Assembly (NCBI GenBank): GCA_041937175.2
Contig: CP166615.1
Location: 4,224,001 to 4,288,000 of the forward strand
Reading direction: 5' to 3'
From: Limnothrix sp. BL-A-16
GTDB lineage: Bacteria; Cyanobacteriota; Cyanobacteriia; CACIAM-69d
DNA length: 64,000 nt
Made by a program: the position numbers and the translations under genes. The notes below the pieces were generated by a model that was not told the DNA's origin, ran no database searches, and was given only the letters and a program-made list of their open reading frames with translations. Shown here one piece after another: positions 44,922-56,568 of this stretch. The first letter of the stretch is position 1, and each line of letters opens with the position of its first letter.

Positions 44922-45758
44922 CTATCGCCGTTTGCGCCACAGACCCGTGAAGGATAACAACTGTCGCCGTAAGTGCCGCAGGGACGTGACTCGCTGTTCC
45001 CGATCGCTGGGCGAGGCGAGCTTGGTTTTCAGAATTTCCCGCAGGCGACTGCTGGCGATCGGGCGTTCCAGTTGGCCCCGCTCCGCCACGGAAATCGACC
45101 CGGTTTCTTCGGAAACGACGATGCAAAGACAGTTGGCCATCCGTTCTGTCACGCCCATGGCTGCCCGGTGGCGAGTTCCAAGCTGGCGAGAGGCTTGGCG
45201 ATCGGACAGGGGCAAAATGGCTCCTGCTGAAGTGACCCGATCGCCCTGAATAAAAACCGCTCCGTCGTGCAACAGGGTGGAGGTCTGGAAAATGGTTTGC
45301 AGCAGCTCTTTCGAGACTTCCGCATCCAAACGTACCCCGGGCACGGAAAAATCTCGCTCATCGATCGTGCCGCTGGTTTCCAAGACCAACAGGGCCCCGG
45401 TGCGGTTTTGGGACAGTTCCCGCACCGCATCTACCAGTTCATCGATCGTGTTGTCGGCACCTGGGGCCGTGTCGGGCGATCGAGACAACAACTCCCCCAC
45501 TTGGCCCCGGCCCAACTTTTCCAGCAAGCGCCGAAACTCCGACTGCAACATAACGGCCATGGCCACGGCCGCCCCAACCGTCAAATTGCCCAGGAAAAAA
45601 CTCAAGAGCGACAGCCCCCAACGTTGGGCCACCGCCGCCGCCAACATCAGTACGACGAACCCGCGCACCATCCACAGGGTTCGCCGTTCGCCGACGACGG
45701 CCAACAGGGCATACGTCAGGAGCAAAACTAGGCCGATATCGATCGCTTGCAGCAGCAA
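44922..45758 (-). CDS. cdaA: Diadenylate cyclase CdaA
   Basis: Three N-terminal TM helices, LHDGA and GTRHRAA motifs; lysA-cdaA-uppS order. Confidence 0.93.
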   Translation of the reverse strand: MLLQAIDIGLVLLLTYALLAVVGERRTLWMVRGFVVLMLAAAVAQRWGLSLLSFFLGNLTVGAAVAMAVMLQSEFRRLLEKLGRGQVGELLSRSPDTAPGADNTIDELVDAVRELSQNRTGALLVLETSGTIDERDFSVPGVRLDAEVSKELLQTIFQTSTLLHDGAVFIQGDRVTSAGAILPLSDRQASRQLGTRHRAAMGVTERMANCLCIVVSEETGSISVAERGQLERPIASSRLREILKTKLASPSDREQRVTSLRHLRRQLLSFTGLWRKRR

Positions 45759-45874
45759 CAGCGGGTCTCGGACAACTCAAGAATCGGTCTACGAAATGGC
45801 GCAGGCCCCCCATGCGCAGGCCCCCAGTGGACAACCGTTGATTAACCCTGGGGGCAAAACGGGGGGCGGGAGGT

Positions 45875-47305
45875 TTAGCTCAGCTCTTGCAGCCGATCGG
45901 GCAGGCGATCGAACCGCAGCAAGTCTTCATCCGTTTCCCGTTCCAGAATCAGATCTGCCTGACCATTGCGCACCAAAACCGCCGCCGGTCGGGGCACACG
46001 GTTATAGTTCGAGGCCATGCTTGCGTTATAGGCCCCCGTGGCCAACACCACCAACACATCCCCCGTTTCCAGGGCTGGCAGTTGAGCATCGCGAATCAGC
46101 ACATCGCCCGATTCACAGTGCTTACCGGCTACGGTAACCGTTTCCGTGCAAGGGGCGCTCATCCGGTTCGCCACCACCGATCGATACAAGGATTGGTACG
46201 TGATCGGTCGGGGATTGTCGGACATGCCGCCATCCACAGAAACGTAGGTGCGGATGCTGGGAACCGTTTTTTGGCTGCCCACTCGATAGGCCGTGAGACA
46301 GGAAGACCCCACCAGCGATCGACCCGGTTCGCACAGCAACTTGGGCAGGGGCAACCCCGCTCGATCGCAGGCTGCCGTGATCCCTTGGGCGATCGTTTGC
46401 ACCCACTGCTCAATGCTCGGCGGGTCATCGGATTCCGTATAGCGAATGCCCAAACCACCGCCCACATTCAACTCCGCCACCGGCAGCCCCAACTGCTGGG
46501 CCTTCACGAACCACTGCACCAGGGTATCGGTTAAATCGCTGTGGGGTTGCAGCTCAAAGATTTGAGAGCCGATGTGGGCATGTAGCCCAATGCAGTGCAA
46601 GTGGGGCTGCTGGGCCAAAAATTCCAGTACTTCATCCACTTGGGTTGGATCAAAGCCAAACTTGCTGTCAATGTGCCCTGTGCGGATGTATTCGTGGGTG
46701 TGGCATTCAATGCCGGGCGTGATTCGCACCATCACCCGGATTGGCTCCGAAGCGGAGAAGCTAGCCAAGGTGTGCAGGTCAAGCCAGTTGTCGGTGATGA
46801 TGTTGCAGCCCGATCGCACGGCCAATTCCAGCTCAGCCCGGGATTTGTTGTTGCCGTGCAAATAAATCTTGGTGGCCGGCGTGCCCGCTCGCAGGGCCGT
46901 GAGGATTTCGCCCGCCGACACCACATCCACGCCCAAGCCTTCTGACTGGGCGATCGCGCAAACCGCCAAACAGCTCCAGGCCTTGGAGGCATAGAGCACC
47001 TGGGATTCTCCCGCATAAAACTGCTTGAATGAGTCTCGGTATTGGCGACAGGCGGCCCGCAGTCCTTCCTCATCCAGGATGTAGAGAGGCGAGCCAAACT
47101 GTTCCAGCAGCTCCACCACATCGCAACCGCCCACTTCTAAATGGTCGCGATCGTTCACGCGGGCCGTCAGGGGCATCAACAGTTGGTTGGGTGATGGCTC
47201 AGGGCCGCCTTCGGATTGGGGGTGGAGATATTGCAGGCTGGAGGTTTGGGAATCCGTCTGATCTGCGTGACTGGTTTGGGGGCGAGCAGCGGGCGTAGCA
47301 ACCAT
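45875..47305 (-). CDS. lysA: Diaminopimelate decarboxylase
   Basis: YASKA, HGNNKS, HIGSQ, EPGRS, GKHCESGD. Confidence 0.96.
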   Translation of the reverse strand: MVATPAARPQTSHADQTDSQTSSLQYLHPQSEGGPEPSPNQLLMPLTARVNDRDHLEVGGCDVVELLEQFGSPLYILDEEGLRAACRQYRDSFKQFYAGESQVLYASKAWSCLAVCAIAQSEGLGVDVVSAGEILTALRAGTPATKIYLHGNNKSRAELELAVRSGCNIITDNWLDLHTLASFSASEPIRVMVRITPGIECHTHEYIRTGHIDSKFGFDPTQVDEVLEFLAQQPHLHCIGLHAHIGSQIFELQPHSDLTDTLVQWFVKAQQLGLPVAELNVGGGLGIRYTESDDPPSIEQWVQTIAQGITAACDRAGLPLPKLLCEPGRSLVGSSCLTAYRVGSQKTVPSIRTYVSVDGGMSDNPRPITYQSLYRSVVANRMSAPCTETVTVAGKHCESGDVLIRDAQLPALETGDVLVVLATGAYNASMASNYNRVPRPAAVLVRNGQADLILERETDEDLLRFDRLPDRLQELS

Positions 47306-48012
47306 CGGTTTGTAGCAGTGCGGGTTGGGTGGTTATGGGGAATTGGCAAACGTTGGCAACCATTGGCAACCACAGAACCGGCGATCTCCATTAGATGCGC
47401 TTCCGATGATCCTCTGATGCTCCGATGGGCGATCGATCCAGAGTGACCGATCCAGGGCGATCGGGACACAACCCGATCGATCACCAACCTACCGACACCG
47501 AATCTACCGAGCTGACGAATACGAACATCAATCCAGAGCCGATGATTATGGTTGCCAACGTTGCAAAACTCGCGATCGAGACCAGAGGTAAACCAGCGGC
47601 CAACCACAGCACCTGAAGGAGCGATCGCCGTGGATCTAACCATTTCGGCCCCCTGGCCTATCCGGTTAGTTTACTATTGCGCGGCCTAGCCTGCGTGGCT
47701 CCCCAGGGTCTCAATTGATCGAGTATTGTTGAAATCAACGAGCCGATCGAACCCCCAACACAAGATCCCCACCTCTGATCATGATTTCTTTGGAAACCTA
47801 TCCCGGTCTCTATCTGTTTCAGTTGCTGTTTGTGCTGTCCTTCACGGGCGTGATGATTTGGCAGGCGATCGAGTCCATCAAAACGATTGATCAATAACCA
47901 GAGTCGATCGCTAGCGTCGATCACCGAAATTAATCAGTCGATCGTTAATCATCATTGATCGATTGATCAATGGTTTAGGGAGTTAGTCCAGCAGCCCTAA
48001 ACCGGCCCAAAA

Positions 48013-48032
48013 CAAGGGGTTTAAACCCCTTG
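48013..48032. repeat. Stand-alone REP-like palindrome CAAGGGGTTTAAACCCCTTG
   Basis: Variant of the palindrome at 23943 and 61440 with a compensatory C-G to T-A change. Confidence 0.75.
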
Positions 48033-48168
48033 CCCCGATGATTTGCTTAGAGGCCGTGGTAGATCCGGTTCGATCGATTTTGATCGAACTTGATCGAACC
48101 CGCAGATTGCGATCGCCAACGGCAGCCCGAGTTCTGACGAGGGTTCCGGAGTTTTTCAAATTGCTGAA

Positions 48169-48242
48169 TCGGGATGACAGGATTTGAACCTGCGGCATCC
48201 TGCTCCCAAAGCAGGCGCGCTACCAAGCTGCGCTACATCCCG
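48169..48242 (-). tRNA. tRNA-Pro(TGG)
   Basis: CGGGATGTAGCGCAGCTTGGTAGCGCG-CCTGC-TTTGGGA-GCAGG...GGTTCAAATCC...CATCCCGA cloverleaf. Confidence 0.97.
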
Positions 48243-48389
48243 GTGTTTTTGGCCAACGTTGATGGTCGGCGCTGGTGGCTCGAACGGGAGAAAGTTCGCC
48301 CGCAGCCACAAACATGGCCATCATATCACAAACGCTGTGAATGCTGAGGCGAGACAGACTCAGGGACTCCAACCACCGCCCGCTCAGCC

Positions 48390-48914
48390 CTAATCTGGAT
48401 ACCAAAACATGCCCTTAATCCCTTCCGGATCGGGCATGAACCCCAAACCTTTGTAGAAATCCACCACGTGGGGATCGGCAAAGAGCGTAATGTTGCTGAT
48501 GTCTTCGCGGCGTAACTGCTCGATCGTTTGGCGCATCAACGCCTTACCAAAACCTCGGCCCTGAAAATCTGGATGCACCACCACATCCCACACGGTGGCA
48601 TTGAACGCATGATCCGACGTGGCCCGCGAAAAGCCAATCAGTCGCCGCTTCGCGCCTCGCTGCTCCCACATGGACAGCACCAGGAAACTGTGTTGAATGG
48701 CTTTTTTCACCTTGCGCAGGGGCCGGCGGGCCCAGCCCACCGCATCGCAAAGCTCTTCAAGGTCGTACAGATCAATATCGCGATCGGTACTAAAGAAAAC
48801 CCGAATCTCGCCCGTTTGCGGATCTCGCTCCAGGGGTTGATAGCCGGGAACCGCCTCGACCGTTGCGGCCGGGCGATCGCCCTGTGTTCCAAATAAGCTC
48901 TTCCAAAACCCCAT
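48390..48914 (-). CDS. GNAT N-acetyltransferase (Ycf52-like)
   Basis: [37 protein letters not shown]. Confidence 0.9.
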   Translation of the reverse strand: MGFWKSLFGTQGDRPAATVEAVPGYQPLERDPQTGEIRVFFSTDRDIDLYDLEELCDAVGWARRPLRKVKKAIQHSFLVLSMWEQRGAKRRLIGFSRATSDHAFNATVWDVVVHPDFQGRGFGKALMRQTIEQLRREDISNITLFADPHVVDFYKGLGFMPDPEGIKGMFWYPD

Positions 48915-49616
48915 GTGAGCCTACACGATCTGTCTTAACACTTGCCAGCGACAGCCAGTACCCGAGACCAATTCGTCGCAACGACGATGCATCCATGGGG
49001 CTAATCACTCAACCGGCAAGGGGCACGATCACTCTGCACCGTGCGGTGATTACCACGCCATGGTTGGTTGAGGTTGGTTTAGAAAACGCTGTGATTGCGC
49101 TCTATTGTGCCATGGGTTGCGCGAAACTTGGATCATTCCCGGCAACTGGCAACTCAAGACAGGAAAGAAGCCACAGGAACCCCGGATTCAGACCAACATT
49201 CAGGAGCCGTTGATTAACCTCAGCGATCGATTCAACGGTTTCGCCACTGCCCGGCCAGCCCAGCCATCTGCCGGTTTGGCGCTTCTGTGGTTCAAGGGAC
49301 GGGGTTGCCCACCGAGCCGCCAATTTCTATGCCAATATAGGTTTTAATGGGGACTATAAGCCAAGTTCCTTGGCCTGCCATCGATTGAGATAATCAGGCC
49401 ATCTAAAAAGTCCCGTTAAAGTCGCGTTGCGGAACCGGCGATCGTGCCGTCACCCTTGCTTGCTCTGACGCTTGCCTGCGAAGCTGGCTGGCTCTGAAGG
49501 GTGCTCCCACTCGCGATCGCCCACTGTGGTTATGGTGCGAAAGGCGGCCGGTTGGGTTGTGTCAGCCTGGGTCGCGGATGAAGCCAACTTCACCGCCACC
49601 AAACAGGATGTTTCCC

Positions 49617-49656
49617 AATTGCGGCATTTGTTAGCAAATTGCGGCAATTGTTAGTG
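49617..49656. promoter_or_regulatory. 20-bp tandem direct repeat, candidate operator
   Basis: AATTGCGGCATTTGTTAGCA / AATTGCGGCAATTGTTAGTG, about 80 bp upstream of ATG 49735. Confidence 0.45.
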
Positions 49657-49734
49657 AAATAGTGACGGAATGTCAAGATGGATTCAAAGCGCTATCAGCG
49701 GTAAAACACGGTGGCAGGTGCGGTTTCATCCGGT

Positions 49735-50454
49735 ATGAGTTCGGGTCTCAAGCCCTCAACGCTCGACTTGCTCAAGCGCTTCAACCGGGCCTTTCCGCAA
49801 TTTTATGAGCAGTTTGTCAGCAGTGAAATTCAACTGCAAAATCTGCGCTTGGCCTATCAACTCTACAAAACGCGCCAAGCGGTCATTGAACTGAAACCGG
49901 AAGGGGGCAAAAGCGCACTGCACTTTGCCTATCGCAATCAATCCTTTCTGCTCAGTGACATTTTTGGGGTGCTGGCGGCCTATGGCCTGACGATCCACAG
50001 CTTGAGCCTTTATGGGCAAATTCACCCGCCGATGCTGGTGTTTATCAAGTTGGTGGTGTCTCGGGGCAGCAAGGCCCTGACGGAGAAGACTTCGGAAAAT
50101 GTTTGCCGCGCCATTCGCGAAGCTCTGGCGGGCCACTTTGAGGTGGAAGAGATGCTGGCGGTGGAATTCAACCTGGACGCAGGGTTGGAGCAGGTGGAAA
50201 CGGAGTTCTATGTGGATCCGGTGTTCCATTTGCCCGCTCTGTTGATTGAGGCGGATAACCAGCCGGGGTTGTTCTACAAGGTGATGTATGCCATCTGGCA
50301 AGAGGATTTGCTGGTGGTGAATGCCAATTTGCTGGTGTGGCGGGGACGGACAAGGCTGATTTTGTATCTACTGGGCCCCAATGAGAGCTTGATTCCGGAA
50401 TATCTGGGTCAACGAATTGCGGAAGGGGTTCGTCAACGTCTGATGGGGTGCTAA
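49735..50454 (+). CDS. Hypothetical protein with two GlnD-like ACT domains
   Basis: RNQSFLLSDIFGVLAAYGLTIHS and ADNQPGLFYKVMYAI...VVNA match ACT-domain patterns. Confidence 0.75.
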   Translation: MSSGLKPSTLDLLKRFNRAFPQFYEQFVSSEIQLQNLRLAYQLYKTRQAVIELKPEGGKSALHFAYRNQSFLLSDIFGVLAAYGLTIHSLSLYGQIHPPMLVFIKLVVSRGSKALTEKTSENVCRAIREALAGHFEVEEMLAVEFNLDAGLEQVETEFYVDPVFHLPALLIEADNQPGLFYKVMYAIWQEDLLVVNANLLVWRGRTRLILYLLGPNESLIPEYLGQRIAEGVRQRLMGC

Positions 50455-50771
50455 GTTGGAAGCCCAAGGGGAATCACCCATCCGGGTATTTCCCCCCCAA
50501 TCTCTGACGATCGCCCTTGGCCGTCTCAGAGTACCAATGGCACAATGGGGCGATTATTAGAAATTTCCTTCCTGAAGGGGAAATGGGGGCGTTAAGGCGG
50601 CGCTGGCGGTTGACTTTTCCGGTTTTTTGGGCCGGTGGGTCTGCGCAGATTGCCTTAAGGTCAGTTACTTGATCGGGTGGCGTTTTTGGCGCGATCGTGA
50701 TCGGTGATTGTTCCGCGTTTGCCCATGAAAGCGCTCCCGCGAAAGTTCTATTGAAGCTGGTCTGATATTGA

Positions 50772-51740
<969 letters not shown>

Positions 51741-51788
51741 GGAGCAATTCTTGATAGATCAGCCTCTGACCATAGGCGATCGGGATCG

Positions 51789-53081
51789 TTAGGAAACGGA
51801 TGAGCCTTTCAGGGGCTTAATTCGGCCATTGGCATCGGGCTTGACTGGCTCAAACAGTTGGTGGGCAGTGGCGAAGGAACCGTAGCGATCGGGGTTGGCC
51901 GTAATTGCCGCTTGCAGACAACTGGCGGCGCGATCGAGGGCCGTTTGGCGTTCCCAGTCACTGCAATCCGATCGCTGGGTTTGCAGCAGGTAGCAACAGG
52001 CTTGGCAAAATTGCAACTCCGGTAACGAGAGGCCACGCTCGGCCGCCTTCAAGTAACTCCTCAGGGCCGCTTCCGGTTGCCGTAGCCGGAGCTGGGCCAG
52101 GCCGCGGTTATACCAAGGGGTGGGCTTGGTGGGATCGCGCTTGATGGTTTCGTCGTAGCTTTTGATTGCCGCTTGCAGTTGCCCGATCGAGAAGAGGGCA
52201 TTGCCCCGATCGTACCAAGCATTGGGTTGTTCAGGGTTCAGGGTCAAGGAGAGGTCATAGCTGGCGATCGCCTCACGAATGCGCCCCAACTGTCGCATCA
52301 GGCGGCCGCGATAGTACCAGGTGTCCGCATCGGCCGCGTCAAAAGTAATGGCTTTTTGGTAGCTTTCGAGGGCTCCTGCCAAATCGCCTGCCCAACGCAG
52401 GGAAATTGCGCGATTATGCCAAATATTGTGGTCGCCATCCCGCAAGCCGAGGGCTTTGTCATAGCTGGCAATGGCTTCATCGTGGCGCTTGAGATTGTCT
52501 AGGACGATCCCGCGCTGATACCAGGTGGCGGCGCTGGCGGGTTCCAACTCCAGGGATCGCTCATAGCAGGTGAGCGCCTCGCTGTCTCGATTGAGCTTGC
52601 GTAAGACCACGCCGCGATTGTGCCAGGCGCGAGGACAGGTGGGATTCAGTTCGATCGACCGGCTATAGTTATGGGCGGCCGCTTCCCAATGGCCCAGCCG
52701 AAAGTGGGTTACGCCCAAATTATTCCAAAGACGATGATCCAGCGGTGCAAAGTTCAGCGCCTTTTGATAACTGGCTAAGGCTCCCTCCAATTGCCCAGCA
52801 CCATCAAGGGCCGTGCCCCGGTTATACCAGTAGTGGGGATTTTGCGGCTCCAGCACCAGCGCCCGATCGTAGTAGGTGATGGCATCCTGGAGGCAGCCGG
52901 TGCGAGCCAGGGCATTGCCGCAATCATTCCACAGGGCGCTGCAATTGGGCGCGAGGCTAATGGCTTGGCCAAACAGCTCGATCGCCTCTGTCCATTGCCC
53001 CGATCGACAAAGCCCTAGGGCCAAAGTATAGGATTCCAGGGCGGCAGGCTGGAGAGCAGTGGTGGCATCGGGGGAATTCAC
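51789..53081 (-). CDS. Tetratricopeptide repeat protein
   Basis: About ten W-x-N-R-G...A...Y...AL...P repeats; start uncertain (could extend to 53186). Confidence 0.9.
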   Translation of the reverse strand: MNSPDATTALQPAALESYTLALGLCRSGQWTEAIELFGQAISLAPNCSALWNDCGNALARTGCLQDAITYYDRALVLEPQNPHYWYNRGTALDGAGQLEGALASYQKALNFAPLDHRLWNNLGVTHFRLGHWEAAAHNYSRSIELNPTCPRAWHNRGVVLRKLNRDSEALTCYERSLELEPASAATWYQRGIVLDNLKRHDEAIASYDKALGLRDGDHNIWHNRAISLRWAGDLAGALESYQKAITFDAADADTWYYRGRLMRQLGRIREAIASYDLSLTLNPEQPNAWYDRGNALFSIGQLQAAIKSYDETIKRDPTKPTPWYNRGLAQLRLRQPEAALRSYLKAAERGLSLPELQFCQACCYLLQTQRSDCSDWERQTALDRAASCLQAAITANPDRYGSFATAHQLFEPVKPDANGRIKPLKGSSVS

Positions 53082-53399
53082 AGGATTGTTTCCATCCCAA
53101 AAGCGCGTTGAGGGCAGCTTGGAGCAGGGGGGAGCGTGGCCAACCCCCGTAGGCTGGCTAAGGTATTCTGTGGCCCTTGGGGGCAATCCAAACAGAAAAT
53201 TAGCTTCATTCTACGTGGGCATTTTACGTGGGATCTCGGAGGGGCGCTTGTTCGTGCAACGGAATTTCACAGCCATCACCCCTAGCTTGGGTTAGGTTGC
53301 CCTGGGGCTGGTGTACCCAGCAACCGAAGATTTCGGTTCGAGACGGCCGGCCGGTTCAGTCGGCTAGTTCGTCTATTGTTTCAACTGTTGATAATGTTC

Positions 53400-54098
53400 A
53401 TGTTAGGGGTTGAGCCGGTGATAACACAATTGCGTGGTGGTTTGGTCTTGTCTTGCCAGGCCCCGATCGATTCCCCCCTGCGGGATCCCCAGATCATTGC
53501 CACCATGGCCCAAGCGGCTGTGTTGCGAGGCGCGGTAGGTATCCGTTTAGACACCCCAGAACATGTGATGGCCACTCGATCGCGCTTGGGGGCCGATGTA
53601 CCGATTATTGGCCTTTGGAAGCAGGTGTTACCCGGCTCCTCCGTTTACATCACGCCACGTTTTGCCGATGCCGCCGCGATCGCCGCCGCCGGAGCCGACG
53701 TCATCGCTATTGATGCCACCCTGCGATCGCGCCCCGAAGGGGACACCGCCGCTCAACTGATCGATCGCATCCATCAGGAATTGGGCAAACCGGTAATGGC
53801 CGACATTGACACCTGGGAAGCGGCCGAAGCCGCCGCCCAAGCGGGAGCCGACTTGGTGGGTACAACGCTGTATGGCTACACGGAAGCGACCCAAGGTCAG
53901 ACCCCGCCGGGATGGGATCTGTTAACGCAAATGGTCACGCGCCTGACAGTGCCTTGCATTTGTGAAGGGGGCATTGCTTCGCCGGCCATGGCCCGGGCTG
54001 CGATCGATCGGGGAGCCTTTGCCGTCGTTGTGGGAACCGCCATCACGGGGATCGATCTGCAAGTGCAAGCCTATCAACGGGCGATCGCCCTGGAATAG
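53400..54098 (+). CDS. nanE: N-acetylmannosamine-6-phosphate 2-epimerase
   Basis: GLVLSCQA, PIIGLWK, YITP, MADI, GTTLYGYT, EGGI, VVVGTAIT. Confidence 0.92.
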   Translation: MLGVEPVITQLRGGLVLSCQAPIDSPLRDPQIIATMAQAAVLRGAVGIRLDTPEHVMATRSRLGADVPIIGLWKQVLPGSSVYITPRFADAAAIAAAGADVIAIDATLRSRPEGDTAAQLIDRIHQELGKPVMADIDTWEAAEAAAQAGADLVGTTLYGYTEATQGQTPPGWDLLTQMVTRLTVPCICEGGIASPAMARAAIDRGAFAVVVGTAITGIDLQVQAYQRAIALE

Positions 54099-54199
54099 CC
54101 TGGATACCGGATAGCTCTGGTCTTGGCTTGATTATTTTGATCGCTTCGATCTCTGCCGAAAGAGATCAACGGCAATATTTTGGTTTCAGCCGCTGACGG

Positions 54200-54250
54200 A
54201 TCTTCAAGATTGCATTTCCAAGATTGCATCTTCAAGATTGCATCTTCAAG
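54200..54250. repeat. 14-bp tandem repeat ATCTTCAAGATTGC, about 3.6 copies
   Basis: Direct reading. Confidence 0.88.
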
Positions 54251-54254
54251 AAGA

Positions 54255-54282
54255 ATGGGGCGATCAGCTCGATCGCCCCATC
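54255..54282. terminator. Hairpin between convergent nanE and aroF
   Basis: ATGGGGCGATC-AGCTC-GATCGCCCCAT. Confidence 0.6.
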
Positions 54283-54408
54283 ACTTCACAACTTGATTTC
54301 AACCAAAGGTTGCATCACACCCGGCTCAGCGGGATTGAACCAAGTCGGGCTGGACTGGGTTGAACCCCAATCACGGCCCAGCTCGATTCATCCAATTGCA
54401 CCGGTTAA

Positions 54409-55473
54409 TTACACCAACGCAGGCACAGCCGCCGGAGTGGGCCACCGCTTCAGGGATCGACCAAATTCCGCCAACTCCACCATCAACGCATCGAACTGAT
54501 CCGGAGTCAGGGATTGGGGCCCATCCGACAAAGCCTTCTTCGGATTCGGGTGGACTTCAATCATCAGCGAATCGCAGCCCACGGCCATCGATCCCTTGGC
54601 CATCGTGGGTACGAAGTGGGCCCAGCCCGTGCCATGGCTGGGATCCACCATGATCGGCAAGTGGGTGAGGCGACGCAGCACCGGCACAGCAGCCAAATCC
54701 AGATGGTTGCGGGTGTATTGGCGATCGAACGTGCGAATTCCGCGCTCGCAGAGGATCACATTCGGGTTACCCGCCGCCATGATGTATTCTGCGGCCATCA
54801 ACCATTCCTCGATCGTGGCAGACATCCCCCGCTTCAGCAGCACCGGCTTATCTTGGGCCCCAATCTGCTTTAGCAGCGAGAAGTTCTGCATATTGCGGGC
54901 CCCCACTTGCAGCACATCCGCCACTTCGTAGATCTTCTCGATGTCGGCCGTGTCCATCACCTCCGTGATGATCCCCAGTCCGGATGCAGCCCGAGCCGCC
55001 GCCAACAGTTCAAGGGCGCTCTCGCCATGGCCCTGGAACGCATAGGGCGAAGTCCGAGGCTTGAAGGCCCCACCCCGCAAAAATTGGGCCCCGGCCGCCT
55101 TGACTCGCAGGGCCGTTTCCACAATCATTTCCTCGTTTTCCACGGAGCAAGGGCCCGCCACCACCGCGATCGGGTGGTTTTCGCCAATCGTTACCGGGCC
55201 GTTGGGGGTGGGAATCGTCACCTCGCTGGCTTCCCCGTGGCGATATTCCCGGCTGGCCCGCTTGAACGGCTGTTCCACCCGCAGCACCTGTTCAATCCAG
55301 GGACTAATTTCTTCCATCCGTTCGGGATCCATGCTGGCTGTGTCGCCCACCAGACCCAGCACCACCTTATGTTTCCCGACGATTTTTTCGGGATCCAAGC
55401 CCCAGCTCTTGAACTCGTCCGCAACGCGATCGATCTCTTCAGCGGGTGCGCCCGCACGCATCACAATGATCAT
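54409..55473 (-). CDS. aroF: 3-deoxy-7-phosphoheptulonate synthase (DAHP synthase, type I-beta)
   Basis: AGPCSVE, RGGAFKPRTSPY, GARNMQN, CERGIRTF, DPSHG. Confidence 0.96.
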   Translation of the reverse strand: MIIVMRAGAPAEEIDRVADEFKSWGLDPEKIVGKHKVVLGLVGDTASMDPERMEEISPWIEQVLRVEQPFKRASREYRHGEASEVTIPTPNGPVTIGENHPIAVVAGPCSVENEEMIVETALRVKAAGAQFLRGGAFKPRTSPYAFQGHGESALELLAAARAASGLGIITEVMDTADIEKIYEVADVLQVGARNMQNFSLLKQIGAQDKPVLLKRGMSATIEEWLMAAEYIMAAGNPNVILCERGIRTFDRQYTRNHLDLAAVPVLRRLTHLPIMVDPSHGTGWAHFVPTMAKGSMAVGCDSLMIEVHPNPKKALSDGPQSLTPDQFDALMVELAEFGRSLKRWPTPAAVPALV

Positions 55474-55725
55474 GATTGAAGCCTCTGTTGATGGGATTTT
55501 GAGCGTTTTAGGAGTGTAGCCAGGCTAGCTGGCAGACCAAAGCCGCGATCGAAACGCCGCCAGGCCCCCCACGCGCTTGCCCAAGCCCCGTCGTCGAACT
55601 GATAACACCACCTGCGTTCCTGACACCCTTGCCCCCGCTAACCCGTTACGGATTGGATCCCACATCCCTAAAGCGCGCGGAGCCGCCAGGTATCCTGGCA
55701 GCCCCGTTCGTCCTCTCTAGTGTAA

Positions 55726-56283
55726 TTAAGATTTTTCTTTGTTTCGGGCTGACTGGGCTGCTCGCCAACCTTCAACCATTCGGCCAAAGTTCACCCGAAA
55801 CTCCCCGATTCCCCACAAACTTCCTGGCGCTGTTTCATCCCATGACGAAGACAACACCCCATAGCTCAGACCCAACACCCCCAGCACCAAGAATCCTAAG
55901 CTGGACGAGAAAACCAGCACGTTGGGTAAATGGACTTCCGTTTGTGTGTTGACAAAGTAGGCCCCGATGAAGCTGGCGAAGCTCAAAACCGTTGGGACAC
56001 CACAAAACACCACCATCCGTTTGGCCATGCGCTTACTCACCGAATCGGGAATCGCCATTTCCGATCGCGTGTAGACCCGTTTGGGAGCGGAGTCCGGCTG
56101 GGTGGTTTTGGCGGACTTGGCTGGTGCTGGCTGGGCTTTGGTGGAAGGCGGCAGCGGGTTCAGCTTGCGCGGAGCCGGTGTCGTCGCAGGGGTTGGCTCA
56201 GATTCAGCCTTGGCCTTGCGGCGTTTTCCCGGTTCAAAGGGCAAGCGATCGCGCGGCGATGGAGAGGGAGGCTCGCCTGACAC
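55726..56283 (-). CDS. PAM68 (DUF3464) PSII assembly factor
   Basis: IPDSVSKRMAKRM, two TM helices, GLSYGVLSSSWD; downstream of rpsO. Confidence 0.9.
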   Translation of the reverse strand: MSGEPPSPSPRDRLPFEPGKRRKAKAESEPTPATTPAPRKLNPLPPSTKAQPAPAKSAKTTQPDSAPKRVYTRSEMAIPDSVSKRMAKRMVVFCGVPTVLSFASFIGAYFVNTQTEVHLPNVLVFSSSLGFLVLGVLGLSYGVLSSSWDETAPGSLWGIGEFRVNFGRMVEGWRAAQSARNKEKS

Positions 56284-56298
56284 GATAAATAGCGCTCC

Positions 56299-56568
56299 CT
56301 AACCGCGAATGCCGAGTTTCTTGATCAGCGCTTGGTAACGCTCACGATCCTGCTTCAGGATGTAAGCCAGCAGGCGCTTACGGCGACCAATGATTTGTAG
56401 CAGACCACGGCGAGAGGCGTGATCTTTCTTGTTCTTTTTCAGGTGTTCGCTGAGTTGCTCGACGCGCGCCGTCAACAACGCCACTTGCACATCCGCCGAG
56501 CCGGTATCGGTGCCGTGGGTTTGGAAGTCATTGATGACGGTTTGTTTGCGCTCTTGTTGCAGGGGCAT
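56299..56568 (-). CDS. rpsO: 30S ribosomal protein S15
   Basis: DTGSADVQVALLT, KDHASRRGLL, LIKKLGIR. Confidence 0.98.
   Translation of the reverse strand: MPLQQERKQTVINDFQTHGTDTGSADVQVALLTARVEQLSEHLKKNKKDHASRRGLLQIIGRRKRLLAYILKQDRERYQALIKKLGIRG

Noticed and set aside
45759..45813. Possible frameshift at the cdaA 5' end (out-of-frame ATG at 45813, in-frame stop at 45777)
   Set aside because: The TTG start at 45758 preserves all TM helices and the DAC domain, so a pseudogene call is unsupported
50393..50623. DIF1-like TCCGGA/TCCGGT motifs upstream of hetR
   Set aside because: No properly spaced -10 element, one lies inside a CDS, and a 6-mer is expected by chance
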